Positions 62,211 to 64,000 of a DNA stretch of 64,000 nucleotides are shown here, in pieces (the stretch's first letter is position 1; each line of letters begins with the position of its first letter). This DNA comes from Octopus bimaculoides (taxonomy: Eukaryota), in contig NC_068987.1 in assembly GCF_001194135.2 (NCBI RefSeq), positions 11,415,249-11,479,248 on the forward strand. Direction: 5' to 3'. A program made the position numbers and the translations under genes. Below the pieces are notes generated by a model. It saw only the letters and a program-made list of their open reading frames with translations, was not told the DNA's origin and made no database searches.

Positions 62211-62644
62211 AGGTAAAGGAGTGGCTGTGTGGTAAGAAGCTTGCTTCACAACCATATAGTTCCAGGTTCAGTCCCACTGTGTGGCACCTTGGGCAAGTGT
62301 CGTCTACTATAGCCTCGGGCTGACCAAAGCCTTGTGAGTGGATTTGGTAGATGGAATCTAATAGAAGCCCAAATTAGATTGGAGCCTGGTGTTGCCATCC
62401 GGTTTCACCAGTCCTCAGTCAAATCGTCCAACCCATGCTAGCATGGAAAGCGGACGTTAAACGATGATGATGATGATATATATATTTATGTGTCTGTGTT
62501 TGTTCCCCCACTATTGCTTGACAATAGATGTTGGTGTGTTTACGTCCCCATAACCTAGTGGTTCAGCAAATGGGACCGATAGAATAAGTACTAGGCTTAC
62601 AAAGAATAAGTCATGGGGTTGATTTGTCCGACTAAAAGACAGTG
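62211..62644 (+). mobile_element. SINE family A interrupted by a (GAT)n-tailed element 3' end (about 62370-62477)
   Basis: The inserted segment is nearly identical to the element at 8650-8800. Confidence 0.8.
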
Positions 62645-63411
62645 TTTTACAGAAACGTGTCGTGTGCAGTCAGATGTGTCAGTTCCATATGTCGTCATTA
62701 GAACTGTCAACACAAGATGACGGTGTTGTTTACTTTCTCCAGTGGAAAATATGAAGTGGTTGGCATTAGGAAAGGCATCTAGCTGTAATGATCATGCCAA
62801 AGCAGACATTGGAGCCTGCCATTAAATGATGATGTGGAGGAGGAGCTCAGTTGATGTGCAAGTATCAGTGGAATGCAAAATACCATTCTTGAAAAAATAA
62901 GTAACGTTTGATGACAGGAAGAGTGTGTTGTCATAGAAAATCTTCCTTAATCCTTTAGCACTCAGATTAGTCTGTCAAATGTAATATGCGTTTATTCATG
63001 TCATTTTGAATTAAGCATGCATTATCTTGCAGCTTTGAGAATTTCAATGATGTGATTGTTTAGTTTTGGAATGACGTTGTAGGGTAGGTATGAGAGGCTG
63101 GATACGGTCAGTTTAGATGCTAAAGAGTTAATAATAGAATTTGGATTTAAAACATAAAGTACCAGTCAAGTACTGGGGTTGATGTAATTGACTTCACCCT
63201 CCCCTCAAAAATTACTGGCCCTCTGTCAAAATTTGAAACCAATAATAATAATAATGAACCTTTCTATTATAGGTACAAGGCCTGAAATTTTGGGGAAGGG
63301 GGAAAGTCAATTACATCAACCCCAGTGCGTAACTGGTACTTATTTCATCGACCTCAAAGGGATGAAAGGCAAAGTCGACCATGGCAGAATTTGAACCCAG
63401 AATGTAAGGAT

Positions 63412-63445
<34 letters not shown>

Positions 63446-63773
63446 TGATGATGATAATAAATGCTAAGCTGTATGCAGTTCTTTACTAGAAACATGGCAA
63501 CTATCCATCTTTGAATTGTATATCACCATTTTGCTCAATTATTCCCTATTCAATGATGTTACCTGAGAGGGGTGAGAGAACCTCTGTAAACACTGCATAG
63601 CACCTGTAAGCAGACAGGAAATCAGGGCTCATAAGATGAGAAGAGTTGGGAGTACCCTGTCTACAAAGTGCTGAAAAACCTTTCAAAACAATGGGAACAA
63701 ATAGAAAAAAGAACTTTCTACTTGGGTGGCTTCTTGTGGTGAACTTTGAATTTCCTATTGCATATGAGCTGAG

Positions 63774-64000
63774 GGTGGAGGCGCAATGGCTCAGTGGTTA
63801 GGGCAGCAGACTCGCGGTCATAGGATCACAGTTTCGATTCCCAGACCGGGCGTTGTGAGTGTTTATTGAGCGAAATCACCTAAAGCTCCACGAGGCTCCG
63901 GCAGGGGATGGTGGCGAACCCTGCTGTACTCTTCCACCACAACTTTCTCTCACTCTTACTTCCTGTTTCTGTTGTGCCTGTAATTCAAAGGGTCGGCTTT
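63774..64000 (+). mobile_element. SINE family D, 5' part (runs off the window)
   Basis: Head ggtggaggcgcaatggctcagtggttagggcagc...gtttcgattccc. Confidence 0.85.

Overview
AT-rich, repeat-dense eukaryotic DNA with 8 N-gaps. The SINE and MITE repertoire looks like an Octopus (coleoid cephalopod) draft assembly; this is inferred from repeat-family recognition, not from a database search. I recognise no intact protein-coding gene, rRNA, tRNA gene or CRISPR array. Nearly all ORFs in the supplied track are microsatellite or SINE read-through. Most of the window consists of five retroposon families (four tRNA-headed SINE families plus a (GAT)n-tailed RTE-type element), TTAA-flanked piggyBac-type MITEs, mariner and hAT non-autonomous elements and relics, Penelope-like fragments and microsatellites. 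The unique islands between repeats carry plus-strand splice signals, so the window may be intronic sequence of one large plus-strand gene that I could not identify. Best leads: (1) a phase-compatible cluster of three candidate microexons at 2052-2575, two with UGC-containing acceptors, plus further isolated microexon and cassette-exon candidates; (2) three minimal type I hammerhead-ribozyme motifs in Penelope-like fragments (14122, 24761, 56481); (3) long near-perfect fold-backs (36933-37163, 5237-5476) and inverted SINE pairs that would be dsRNA/ADAR substrates if transcribed; (4) a small two-state hairpin at 61138-61202. All exon calls are unvalidated predictions.
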